A stretch of 64,000 nucleotides of DNA from Bacteroidales bacterium. GTDB taxonomy: Bacteria; Bacteroidota; Bacteroidia; Bacteroidales; UBA10428. A program made the position numbers and the translations under genes. The notes under the pieces were generated by a model, which ran no database searches, was not told the origin of the DNA, and saw only the letters and a list, made by a program, of their open reading frames with translations. This document shows positions 48,049 to 57,115 of the stretch, piece after piece. Positions within the stretch are counted from its first letter, which is position 1. Every line of letters begins with the position of its first letter. The stretch covers positions 62,162 through 126,161 of the forward strand of contig JAFGIP010000051.1 in the NCBI GenBank assembly GCA_016929525.1, in the 5' to 3' direction.

Positions 48049-49956
48049 TCAGTATTTAATAAATTTAGCTGTATACAGTTTGCTATTAACAATATCAGTT
48101 ATGCGAATCAAATATAATCCTCCGGGAAGAGAATTGACATTAATGTAATTATTTTCGGTAGTGGTATTAATCAGGCAGGTTCCTGTAAGGTTATAAATTG
48201 CTACACCAACTGGATTTCCGGGTAATGCTTTTAAACTGAAGTTTAACCGATCGCTTACCGGATTTGGAAAAACACAGATTTCAACTTCATCAATGTTAAT
48301 TGATTCTTCAGAGGTAAGTATACTGTATGTACCAAATGATGGTCTGATCATAAATGATCCTTTCATCATATTGGGGCGGTTTATCCAGTTTGGCTGGTGA
48401 TATTCGTAATAATGCTTTATATTATTGGTGTTAATATCGTATCCAATGTTCAGGTATTCACCGAGTTGTTCAATTACAACAAAGAAAGTATCTGATACGT
48501 AGATCGGCGGATCAATATCGATTCTTGTAAATTCATTTATACCATGATTAAAAGCTGGAAAATAATAATCCGAGAAATATAAAACTTCATCTGAAGGCTG
48601 GCTGCCGCTATTTTTACGGATTGAGATCTGAAACTCCTGATTATTACTGGACTCAGGGTCGGTTGTAGTTTTGTTGAAATAAATAAGCACCGCACGAAGC
48701 GAATCGGGAATAAACGTTCTGAACCTGATGGCCATATATATATTTTCCTCAGTCTGGCCGGAAATTCCAATACCGTATTCAGCTGTTCCATCATCGTAAG
48801 CATAGTAGTCGTGATATGTTTCAATACGTTCGACCGTGTCGTTTTCGCTTTTAAAATTATGATCTGTAGCCCCCAGATAGCTTACGATTTTAAATCTGCC
48901 TATTGTATCATACTCATTTTGAATAAATCCCGGACCAGAAGGTAAATCATCAAGAAATGTAATAAAAACATTGGGTTCCATATCATTAGAAGTGGAAGGC
49001 GGATCCCTTAACAGATCACCTGTTGTCAGATCATAAGTTCTGTAATAACGATCAACGGGGATCAGATCTGTTTCCGGTGAACTGGTTCTGATACTCAGAG
49101 GAACTATCAATCTTTCGCTGGTACTTAATGCTAATTGTAAATGAGAATATGGGGTGGCAGTATACTCAGTAAGTGCGGATAATAAAGGATTTGCAATCAT
49201 AATGTCATCCAGGTTATACATATCCTCTCTTGTTGCTGCCGTTTTAATCCGGATATAATCGATATGCCATAAATCGGCAATAGGAAAGACGGGATCACCT
49301 TCATTCCTGTCGACATTTTCAAATGATATATAATTTCTAAACCTGAAACGAAAACCGTTTTGTATATATGATTCCGGTATAGCGATTACTACCTGTTTAA
49401 ATTTCGATGGTTCTTCGGTATCGTTGGTATAAAAAATATTATTCCATTTCATTGAGTCAACATGGAAGAAATCCAGTAGTAAAGTATCTTTTTCATTAGG
49501 TAAGTCCCCTTTACCGCCAGCCTGGTAAAAAAAGCTAAAAAACAAAGTGTCATCAAAAGGCAGTACCGATTCGAATTTAAATGAGTTTGATGTCAAGGTG
49601 TCAGCAGGAATTATTGTTCCAAGGTCGTCTGTATACGGGAACCCATCTGAATTAAAAGCATCCAGGGTTGCTACACCAAGGCTGATCATGGAATCGGCAT
49701 AGGTGGAATTTATGAAAGCATAATGGTCTGACCAATATTTGTTTTTAGGGAATACCCAGCTTTTATAATTTGAAAAATCCTCAAAGAACTCGGCGATAAA
49801 AATAATTGAGTCCTCTTCCGATTTATCATTCGTCAGCTCACCTTTTTCAATAGCCTGCACAATAGCATGGTTGTATCCCAAACCCTTGAATGTCTGACCA
49901 TGCAAAGCAACCAGGCTACTCGTTATAATCGTAATCGTAAGAATCTTCTTCAACAT
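48049..49956 (-). CDS. Uncharacterised T9SS cargo protein
   Basis: Start placed at MLKKILTITIITSSLVALHGQ (signal peptide). C-terminal sorting domain VFPNPVSDRLNFSL...GGLYLIRITD...YTAKFIKY. No other domain recognised. Confidence 0.55.
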   Translation of the reverse strand: MLKKILTITIITSSLVALHGQTFKGLGYNHAIVQAIEKGELTNDKSEEDSIIFIAEFFEDFSNYKSWVFPKNKYWSDHYAFINSTYADSMISLGVATLDAFNSDGFPYTDDLGTIIPADTLTSNSFKFESVLPFDDTLFFSFFYQAGGKGDLPNEKDTLLLDFFHVDSMKWNNIFYTNDTEEPSKFKQVVIAIPESYIQNGFRFRFRNYISFENVDRNEGDPVFPIADLWHIDYIRIKTAATREDMYNLDDIMIANPLLSALTEYTATPYSHLQLALSTSERLIVPLSIRTSSPETDLIPVDRYYRTYDLTTGDLLRDPPSTSNDMEPNVFITFLDDLPSGPGFIQNEYDTIGRFKIVSYLGATDHNFKSENDTVERIETYHDYYAYDDGTAEYGIGISGQTEENIYMAIRFRTFIPDSLRAVLIYFNKTTTDPESSNNQEFQISIRKNSGSQPSDEVLYFSDYYFPAFNHGINEFTRIDIDPPIYVSDTFFVVIEQLGEYLNIGYDINTNNIKHYYEYHQPNWINRPNMMKGSFMIRPSFGTYSILTSEESINIDEVEICVFPNPVSDRLNFSLKALPGNPVGVAIYNLTGTCLINTTTENNYINVNSLPGGLYLIRITDIVNSKLYTAKFIKY

Positions 49957-50812
49957 GTTCAATATTTTCAACTTCGTTAAGTTCTTGCCAACCATAATCT
50001 GCACTATCTGATGATTCAGTTCCTGCAAACTTCATTGAATCAACGGTAACCCAAAGGGTTATTTGTGTCCCGAGGGGTACACGAACATCATTTCTGTGAA
50101 CAGGATGCTGCCTGAATACTCTTGGTATCAAACTGTCTGAAGTATTTTCTTCTATGCTCTGGTCAGGTATTGCAGTACCAATACTGAAAAATGCATCTGA
50201 AGCTTTTATGACAGCTTCTTCTTCGCTAAGGCCAATTAGGTTTGGTACCATTGCTTTTTCATTTGACAGCCCTTTACCAAGCACCAGATCAATCCTGGAT
50301 CCCTTTGATATTGTGTCTCCTATCTCGACCGGCTGCCCGTTCATCATTTGTTCAAGTACAACATTTTTAGCCATATCATACTGGTACGAAAGTTTGCCAA
50401 TAATCAGCCCGCTAACTTCCATTTTTAACCTGGCTTCCCGAAGTGTTACTCCAACCAGTTCTGGCATAACTATTTTTTCCGGCTGATTAGCGTTTATAGT
50501 TAAATATATTTTCCGGTTTTTCTTCACAAGAAATCCCGGTCGCGGATGCTGATCAACAACAACCCCTTTTTCTTTTGTTATAATAAATATCGAATCGAAT
50601 ATTTCATATCGCAGTTTTCGCTCGTTAATTATTTTGGATGCATCTTCCACTGGGAGATCAGTTAAATCGGGAACCGATATGAAGCGACCGTGATGTGTAT
50701 ATACTTTAAGCCAAAGAGTCAATGCAATTAAAAGAAATAAGATAATGCCTATCGCCAGAAGTAAATTTTTAAGAAATTCTTTACCTGAGATATAGGTTAT
50801 AAGCTTATTCAT
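49916..50812 (-). CDS. PASTA domain-containing membrane protein
   Basis: 298 aa. N-terminal TM helix. Three PASTA-like units (VPDLTDL..., MPELVGVTLREA..., VPNLIGLSEEEA...). Acidic tail. Confidence 0.8.
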   Translation of the reverse strand: MNKLITYISGKEFLKNLLLAIGIILFLLIALTLWLKVYTHHGRFISVPDLTDLPVEDASKIINERKLRYEIFDSIFIITKEKGVVVDQHPRPGFLVKKNRKIYLTINANQPEKIVMPELVGVTLREARLKMEVSGLIIGKLSYQYDMAKNVVLEQMMNGQPVEIGDTISKGSRIDLVLGKGLSNEKAMVPNLIGLSEEEAVIKASDAFFSIGTAIPDQSIEENTSDSLIPRVFRQHPVHRNDVRVPLGTQITLWVTVDSMKFAGTESSDSADYGWQELNEVENIEHVEEDSYDYDYNE

Positions 50813-50935
50813 ATTATTTAATTTTCGATTTCTGTCAACAAAGATAAAACTATATAAACCTTAACGTAACCATATCAACGAAAGTAATTCAAAAAACGTA
50901 TTTACAATCATAGTGAAATTTGTTAATCTCTTTAA

Positions 50936-53044
50936 CTAAGGTAAGGAATTGGCAACTTCCATAAGTTTCTTTGCAAATTCTGCATTTCCTTTCATTTTAT
51001 TAATCTGGGCTGCCAGGTAATAGGGAGGCTTATATCTTGGATTTACTTCGATAGCTTCCTGGAGGTATTTTAAAGCCGTCTCCGGGTCGTTGTTCTGAGA
51101 ATATATTACCCCGGCATAATAGTATGAAGCTACATATTTCGGATTCTCCTCCATATTTTTTAAAAATACCTGGAGCGCTTTCTCATAATCTTTATTGTTT
51201 AAATACGCTATTCCCAGAAGATTTAATGCTTTATCGTAATTAGGGTATAATTTCAGGCAACTTGCGGCTGAATTTGCAGCCTGCTTGTACTGTCCCGTGC
51301 TTAAGTAACATTGTGCAAGGTTAAGGTAAGCCATTTCGTACTTTTTATCCTGTAATACTGCAGATTTGAAATACGGTATTGCTGCCATTGGATTACCGGA
51401 ATTCATTAACTGGTATCCTTTCAGATCATCCTTATTTTTGCGTTCCAGTACAGCACAAACTGGTTTTTTATCTACATCGATTGTATGTATCGTGTTAGCC
51501 GGTGGCCAGATTCTTCTTTTAAGCTGGTAAGGATTTATATAACTATTGGCAATAATGGCATAATCCCAGTCGGAATTACCTCTTTCATAATATCGGATGT
51601 ATATGATTTTAACTTTATCCTTATAATTTCTGAAATAATATTTTACAATTATACTAAGATTTGATGCTACAATTATTTTATCGTCACCGGTAACAGTTGT
51701 CTTTTCAATTTTATTTTTTATTAACCAGTCCGATCCGGCTTTCAGACTATGATAGAAATAGTCCATTTCATATCTGCCGTATGCTTTTTCTACCCCGCCT
51801 GATAACTTATTATAATAAATGTACTCGTGAGGGTGATTGGTGATGTAATGTTTAATGGGGAAAAATGCCAAAAATAAAAGCAATGCTATGACCGGAAACC
51901 GTATATATTTCTGCTTAAAGTTATTTAAAAGTGTATAAATGCCAATTGATGCAATAATAACCAATCCGGGATAAATAAAACTAATATGACGCCAGCCACC
52001 ATATACATTTGATTCTTTGTATATAATATACACCACCGGAAAAACGGAAACAAACAGTAGTATAAAATACCAGGTTGAATCTTCCTTTTTAATTTTCCCT
52101 GACAGAACAATGAAACAAATAAGTCCGAGAATTACAAATTCCGGTATAGTCATAAAAATATACTTTGGAAGATAATATGCAGGGGCGTGATCAGACCAGA
52201 TTGTCTTACCTTCAAATACTTGCCGCAGGCTTGTACCATAAGCCTCCATAAATTTCATTGCTTTAAAGGTATTTTCGATTGGTGCTTTATGAGCATATGG
52301 CCAAAGCAAAATACCCAGGGTATATCCTGCAACAGATATTAGTGATGCAAAGAGTAACAATCGTCCAAGCTTTATTAGCTTTTCCTGGTTGAACCACTGC
52401 TTATAATTGTTAGTAAACAAGTAATGTATGCCAACAAAAAATAAGAAATATACTATCAGTAATATACCACCAACACGAACGCCTATTGAAAGTCCAATAC
52501 CCAAAGCGACGGGCCAGGCAAATCGAAATCTATTTTTTGGGTAGTATTTAAGGAATCTGATGATGGAATATATTGTGAAAATGTAAGTTGCCGCAAACGG
52601 AATGTCTTTCGGGTTATTAAATGAATGCCCTAGAAAACGCGGAGAAAAAAACATAAAAAGCATTGTTATAATACCCGCCCGCCAACCTCCTAACATCACA
52701 GCTATTAATCCTGCAAAAAACAACGCAGTCCAACCTGTAAGCGAGTTTAGCATATGCCTGACCATATATTCATCATCCGGGTTAAATATCTTTATTACAA
52801 CAACTGTAGTAAGATCGAATACAGGGCCGTACATGTGAAGTGCACTATTGTCGTAATACAGACAGGTGGTGTCCTTACCAAAGGTTGCATAATAGTTATA
52901 CACATTCTTGCCATGCGGGTAGTGGAAAGTTTCTTCATCACCCGAAATACCCGATTTGATGCTCATTATGGGCATAAGTATGAACAGCAGAGCAGCTAAG
53001 CCATAAAATATCTTTTTCTCCAGTTGGATGGTTAGTTGTTGCAT
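50936..53044 (-). CDS. GT-C fold glycosyltransferase (GT39/PMT_2-like, many TM helices) with C-terminal TPR domain
   Basis: 702 aa. First loop contains an acidic motif (SGISGDEETFHYPHG). About 12 hydrophobic helices. The last ~170 aa are TPR repeats (AYLNLAQCYLSTGQYKQA, ALNLLGIAYLNNKDYEKA, ...). Confidence 0.75.
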   Translation of the reverse strand: MQQLTIQLEKKIFYGLAALLFILMPIMSIKSGISGDEETFHYPHGKNVYNYYATFGKDTTCLYYDNSALHMYGPVFDLTTVVVIKIFNPDDEYMVRHMLNSLTGWTALFFAGLIAVMLGGWRAGIITMLFMFFSPRFLGHSFNNPKDIPFAATYIFTIYSIIRFLKYYPKNRFRFAWPVALGIGLSIGVRVGGILLIVYFLFFVGIHYLFTNNYKQWFNQEKLIKLGRLLLFASLISVAGYTLGILLWPYAHKAPIENTFKAMKFMEAYGTSLRQVFEGKTIWSDHAPAYYLPKYIFMTIPEFVILGLICFIVLSGKIKKEDSTWYFILLFVSVFPVVYIIYKESNVYGGWRHISFIYPGLVIIASIGIYTLLNNFKQKYIRFPVIALLLFLAFFPIKHYITNHPHEYIYYNKLSGGVEKAYGRYEMDYFYHSLKAGSDWLIKNKIEKTTVTGDDKIIVASNLSIIVKYYFRNYKDKVKIIYIRYYERGNSDWDYAIIANSYINPYQLKRRIWPPANTIHTIDVDKKPVCAVLERKNKDDLKGYQLMNSGNPMAAIPYFKSAVLQDKKYEMAYLNLAQCYLSTGQYKQAANSAASCLKLYPNYDKALNLLGIAYLNNKDYEKALQVFLKNMEENPKYVASYYYAGVIYSQNNDPETALKYLQEAIEVNPRYKPPYYLAAQINKMKGNAEFAKKLMEVANSLP

Positions 53045-53062
53045 AACCTTTTTTTTAAGGAT

Positions 53063-53980
53063 TTAGTAATTTTTAATAAACCAGTTGAGACTGGGAATAT
53101 CGATTTTAAGTAATAAAACAAGTAAGATAAAAAGAAAAACAACAAAAGTCACAAATCCTTTCTTTTTATATAGTTTCTCAGGATTTTGTACAATGGAGTC
53201 TTTCTCAAAACCTATGTCCAAATACCAAGTGAAAAGTAAGGCAATAAATGGAAATGATATTAGTAATTCAATTCTGTGCTTAATAAGAAATATAGCCAGG
53301 AAAAATGAAGAACACAGCGCATAGAATACTGTTGAAACCAACAACAGGTTCTCGGTATAACGTTTAAACGACTGGCGGTATTTGCCTGCCAGATCAGGGT
53401 CGCCAATAAATCTGTATTCAGCGAATCGTTTTGTTGCCATTAGAAATGCACCACCCATCCAGTAGGCTACCAGTATGCTTGATGGCGGGATGAAATCAAT
53501 ACCGATAAGTAACCAGCCCAGAATAAACCGAATAGGATTGTTAATCGATTCGGTAAGCACGTCAAGATATGCTTTATCTTTTGTCCTGAAAGGTTTTACA
53601 TTATATAAAAAGCCCATGAAAAGAAAAAGTAATTCAGTTATAAAAAATTCGTTGGATATGTAAAAACTGATAACCAGTCCGGATAAAGCTAAGACCGTAT
53701 ATTCAGTATATACAATTCCGGCATTAAGGTCAGCCAGCACTGCCGTTCTGTATTTCTTTACAGGGTGAAAACGATCAAATTCAAGGTCGAGAAATTCATT
53801 GATAACATAATTGGCAGAAGCTATTAAACAAGTTGCTAAAATACCTGCGGCCAGAATTAAAACCGATGTGTTATCGAGACTAAAATCAGTATAATATAAG
53901 CCCATGACTATTCCCGGCAGCATGAATATGTTTTTAAACCAGTGATCAGGCCGGGCTATACGAACGTAATGTTTAAGCAT
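53063..53980 (-). CDS. UbiA-superfamily prenyl-phosphate transferase, decaprenyl-phosphate phosphoribosyltransferase (DPPR synthase)-like
   Basis: 305 aa polytopic protein. IARPDHWFKNIFMLPG (compare the RPxQWxKN N-terminal motif). NYVINEFLDLEFDRFHPVKKYR (compare N..xD.ExDRxHPxKxxR). ATKRFAEY...YRQSFKRYT. Compared from memory with M. tuberculosis Rv3806c. Confidence 0.7.
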   Translation of the reverse strand: MLKHYVRIARPDHWFKNIFMLPGIVMGLYYTDFSLDNTSVLILAAGILATCLIASANYVINEFLDLEFDRFHPVKKYRTAVLADLNAGIVYTEYTVLALSGLVISFYISNEFFITELLFLFMGFLYNVKPFRTKDKAYLDVLTESINNPIRFILGWLLIGIDFIPPSSILVAYWMGGAFLMATKRFAEYRFIGDPDLAGKYRQSFKRYTENLLLVSTVFYALCSSFFLAIFLIKHRIELLISFPFIALLFTWYLDIGFEKDSIVQNPEKLYKKKGFVTFVVFLFILLVLLLKIDIPSLNWFIKNY

Positions 53981-54857
53981 TTTTATTTTTTAATGTACAA
54001 ACTACCAGAATGGAATCACGCAAATTTACTGGTACAATAATTCTTTCCAAGAATTCCGGTAATGGAAATCGCATAAATTTTGGGAAAAAAGACAGAAACC
54101 GGATCCCTAAATATTTCAATGTAAAATACCACGAAGGTCGGGTAAGTTTAATTACTTCGAATCCCGTTTTGTTTAATAATGCAATCAGATTTTTCTTGTT
54201 GAAATATCCGATATGTGCAAACCGGTAATGCCACCATCTGTAACCGAATATTTTTGCAGCCAGTGAATTCACATCGGGGGTTACCAGTATAAATATACCG
54301 TCACTGGCCAGGGTTTTAGAGATTCCATTTAATAAATCTCCCGGTTCGGTCACATGTTCTATTACATCGACAAGCGTAATAATATCATATGGTCCCGGGG
54401 TATTTGGGTGAGGGAATATACCCTGGTATACCGGTAATCCCAACTTTTCCGCATTTTTTTGAAGCCATTTTGATGGTTCAATTCCTTCAGCCTTATATCC
54501 CATTTCCAAAGCGGCTTCAACCATTATTCCGCTTCCTGCTCCAATATCGAGTAGTGTTCCCTCTCTTTTAAATTTGCTCAGAAATTTAACCAGACGTTTC
54601 TCCTGTAATTTTCTTTCCTTACGGGTATTTTCATATTCCGTATCAACAAGGTCTTCATAAAAACCGACTACTTTATCAAGATCGGTACACTGGATAAAGC
54701 CACAGTTAAGACAACGCTGAAGTTCGCCTGTTTTACCATAATCGAAATTGGTAATCGCAAAGTTGTTACTGTCTAGATATTCAACAACATCTGAATTTTT
54801 TATGAGCCGGAAATCTTTCGAATCACAAACCCAGCATTTCAATTCTTTATTAGTCAT
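53973..54857 (-). CDS. Class I SAM-dependent methyltransferase with N-terminal Cys4 zinc ribbon
   Basis: 294 aa. CWVCDS...CLNCGF, SAM motif LLDIGAGSGIM, and DIITLVDVIEHV. The start overlaps the HAD stop (ATGACTAA) and the stop overlaps the UbiA start (ATGCTTAA). Confidence 0.8.
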   Translation of the reverse strand: MTNKELKCWVCDSKDFRLIKNSDVVEYLDSNNFAITNFDYGKTGELQRCLNCGFIQCTDLDKVVGFYEDLVDTEYENTRKERKLQEKRLVKFLSKFKREGTLLDIGAGSGIMVEAALEMGYKAEGIEPSKWLQKNAEKLGLPVYQGIFPHPNTPGPYDIITLVDVIEHVTEPGDLLNGISKTLASDGIFILVTPDVNSLAAKIFGYRWWHYRFAHIGYFNKKNLIALLNKTGFEVIKLTRPSWYFTLKYLGIRFLSFFPKFMRFPLPEFLERIIVPVNLRDSILVVCTLKNKNA

Positions 54858-55551
54858 AGGCCGAAATTAACTTTTTTTGAAATGCTGAAAAAAAATCTCC
54901 CCGACGTGCTTCTTTGACATTAACTTTAATAAAGTCAGTTCCTGCCATCCTTGCCGATTCACCATCCGTATCTTCACGATCGCCAATAAAGACTGTTTCG
55001 TCTTTTGGAATATTCAAAGCATTGCATATTTTCAGTAAACCCGATGCATTTGGTTTAAGTTGTGCAATGCTACTATCCATAGAACAAACATGCAGGTCAA
55101 TATTCAGATTTAATGCTTCCAACTTTTCTTTTGCCGGATAATCGGAATAGACAGCAGTTTTTAGTTTTAAATCTTTAAGGGTTGCAAAAACTCTGTCGAT
55201 ATTTTTATATTTTGACTGATGCAAAAACTGCAACGGAAACCTGAAGATGAAATGATCGATGGTTTTTTTAACACGTTCTAAAGGTATTTTTAATTTATCG
55301 GCACACCAACTATACTGTTCAGCTTCAAGATTGTCTGAACTATATCCTTTGTGCAGTTCACGCTGCCTTCTGAACTCTCCTATGATCCTGATCTCGGTGA
55401 AGGAATATTTCAGTTTTACTAATCCTGCTAAGATTTTTCGAAATATAATCCTGCGAAGAATCTGTTGGTCATATAGAGTTCCATCCAGATCGAAAATGTA
55501 AAGCTTGTACTTGTTGAGAGGAGGTATTATAATTTTGGTTGATTCTTGCAT
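54850..55551 (-). CDS. HAD-superfamily hydrolase (phosphatase)
   Basis: 233 aa. Motif I IFDLDGTLYD; motif IV-like FIGDREDTDGESA. Confidence 0.8.
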   Translation of the reverse strand: MQESTKIIIPPLNKYKLYIFDLDGTLYDQQILRRIIFRKILAGLVKLKYSFTEIRIIGEFRRQRELHKGYSSDNLEAEQYSWCADKLKIPLERVKKTIDHFIFRFPLQFLHQSKYKNIDRVFATLKDLKLKTAVYSDYPAKEKLEALNLNIDLHVCSMDSSIAQLKPNASGLLKICNALNIPKDETVFIGDREDTDGESARMAGTDFIKVNVKEARRGDFFSAFQKKLISAYD

Positions 55552-55624
55552 GAATGATATGGGAAAATAATTTACATAATTGATCTGTGCTAAGTTATCT
55601 GATTTATGCTGAATTAACTAAAAT

Positions 55625-55656
55625 AAAAAAGGTTACCCTTAAATAAGAATAACCTT
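55625..55656 (-). terminator. Rho-independent terminator of rpmH
   Basis: On the - strand: AAGGTTA-14 nt-TAACCTT followed by TTTTTT. Confidence 0.6.
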
Positions 55657-55680
55657 AAAATATATCATGAAATATAAAGC

Positions 55681-55836
55681 TTATTTTCTGTAGATCTCAT
55701 CGGACACAGTAAGTCTTTTCCTGCCTTTTGCCCTTCTTCTGGATAAAGCCTTTCTGCCATTAACAGTCGACATTCTTTCTCTGAATCCATGTTTATTCCT
55801 TTTCTTTCTTACCGATGGTTGAAATGTCCTTTTCAT
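55681..55836 (-). CDS. rpmH: 50S ribosomal protein L34
   Basis: Not in the ORF track because it is under 60 aa. Hand translation of the - strand gives [51 protein letters not shown], the canonical L34 sequence. Confidence 0.92.
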   Translation of the reverse strand: MKRTFQPSVRKKRNKHGFRERMSTVNGRKALSRRRAKGRKRLTVSDEIYRK

Positions 55837-55872
55837 TATATTGTATTTTAATACCCTAAATTTTCAGGTCTG

Positions 55873-55880
55873 CAAAGATA
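55873..55880 (-). promoter_or_regulatory. Bacteroidota -7 promoter box for rpmH
   Basis: CAAAgaTA on the + strand (TAtcTTTG on -), 37 nt upstream of the ATG at 55836. Confidence 0.45.
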
Positions 55881-56097
55881 TGTTCTTTTTTTAAATAGCA
55901 AAAACTTATCACTTAGTTTTATGACTCTTACTAATAAGCTGGTATTTCAGAAGTACGAAATGATCATTTTAATTAAAGTCTTATATTTATCTTGAGTTAA
56001 ATTAAACTGAATACCGAATAATAATTGCCTTATCAGTTAGGTTATAAACAGTATTTATGTTAGTCTTATTTTGTAAAGGCTTGTAAAATAAATTTCT

Positions 56098-57111
56098 ATG
56101 ATTAAAAGTAAACTTTTGAAATTAATATTGAGCATATTCTCAATCATTATTCTTTCCTGTACCAATAGTAAGGGACCAGTTAATAAAGTGAAAATGGATC
56201 TGGATGTAAGGCGATTTGAAAAGGATTTATTCAGTATAGATTTATACGATTTTGAAGACGGAGTTACTAACCTTTCGGATAAGTATCCCGAGTTTTTACC
56301 ATTATTTACACAGGGTATAATTGAGATAGGTTCACCGGTATCAGATGGATTTGCTGATAGATTCAAACTCTTTTTCACCGACTTTACAATTTACCGGGTT
56401 AGTGAATATATCAAAGAAAATTTCAAAGATATTTCCGGGATTGAAAAAGAATTGGAGAATGCTTTTGGGAATTACTCTGCCTGTTTTCCTGATATGCAAA
56501 TCCCAAAAATTATTACCTGTATTTCCGGATTTAACCAGTCAATAGTTACAGCCGACAGCATTTTGGCGATAAGCCTTGATAAATATCTTGGTTCCGGTAA
56601 TGAATTTTATGAACTGATGTATCCCCCGATACCAAAGTATATGCGTAATAAAATGATTCCTGAAAAAATTCCTTCTGATGCAATGAATGCGTGGATCATT
56701 TCTGAGTTTCCTTATAATAGCAAGAAGGACAACCTTGTTTCGCAGATGGTTTTTAATGGAAGAGCTGTTTATTGTACTAAAATTCTTATGCCTTCATTAC
56801 CGGATACATTATTATGGGGATTTACTTCCAGCCAGTTAGATTTTTGCAAAAGAAATGAAAAAGGTATGTGGGAGTTTTTAATTGAACACAAATTACTTTT
56901 CAGTACCGATCATTTTATAATTAATCAATATGTTAATGATGCTCCTTTTACCAAAGATTTCTCAAACGAATCACCCGGAAGAGCAGTAAACTGGATTGGT
57001 TATCAGATTGTTAGTTCTTATATGAATAACAACAAGGATATTACACTACCGGATCTGATGAAAGAATCGAACTACCTTAATATTCTTAACCATTCCAGGT
57101 ATAATCCTTAA
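56098..57111 (+). CDS. gldB: Gliding motility lipoprotein GldB
   Basis: 337 aa. Lipobox IIILSCTNS. Collinear, from memory, with F. johnsoniae GldB (RFEKDLF..., KYLG..NEFYE..., NESPGRAVNWIGYQIVSSYMNNN). Confidence 0.75.
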   Translation: MIKSKLLKLILSIFSIIILSCTNSKGPVNKVKMDLDVRRFEKDLFSIDLYDFEDGVTNLSDKYPEFLPLFTQGIIEIGSPVSDGFADRFKLFFTDFTIYRVSEYIKENFKDISGIEKELENAFGNYSACFPDMQIPKIITCISGFNQSIVTADSILAISLDKYLGSGNEFYELMYPPIPKYMRNKMIPEKIPSDAMNAWIISEFPYNSKKDNLVSQMVFNGRAVYCTKILMPSLPDTLLWGFTSSQLDFCKRNEKGMWEFLIEHKLLFSTDHFIINQYVNDAPFTKDFSNESPGRAVNWIGYQIVSSYMNNNKDITLPDLMKESNYLNILNHSRYNP

Positions 57112-57115
57112 AAAT

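Noticed and set aside
56055-56378. 107-aa minus-strand ORF overlapping the start of gldB, and the 62678-63004 minus-strand ORF overlapping ispE
   Set aside because: Both overlap well-supported + strand genes (GldB, IspE) and have no recognisable features.
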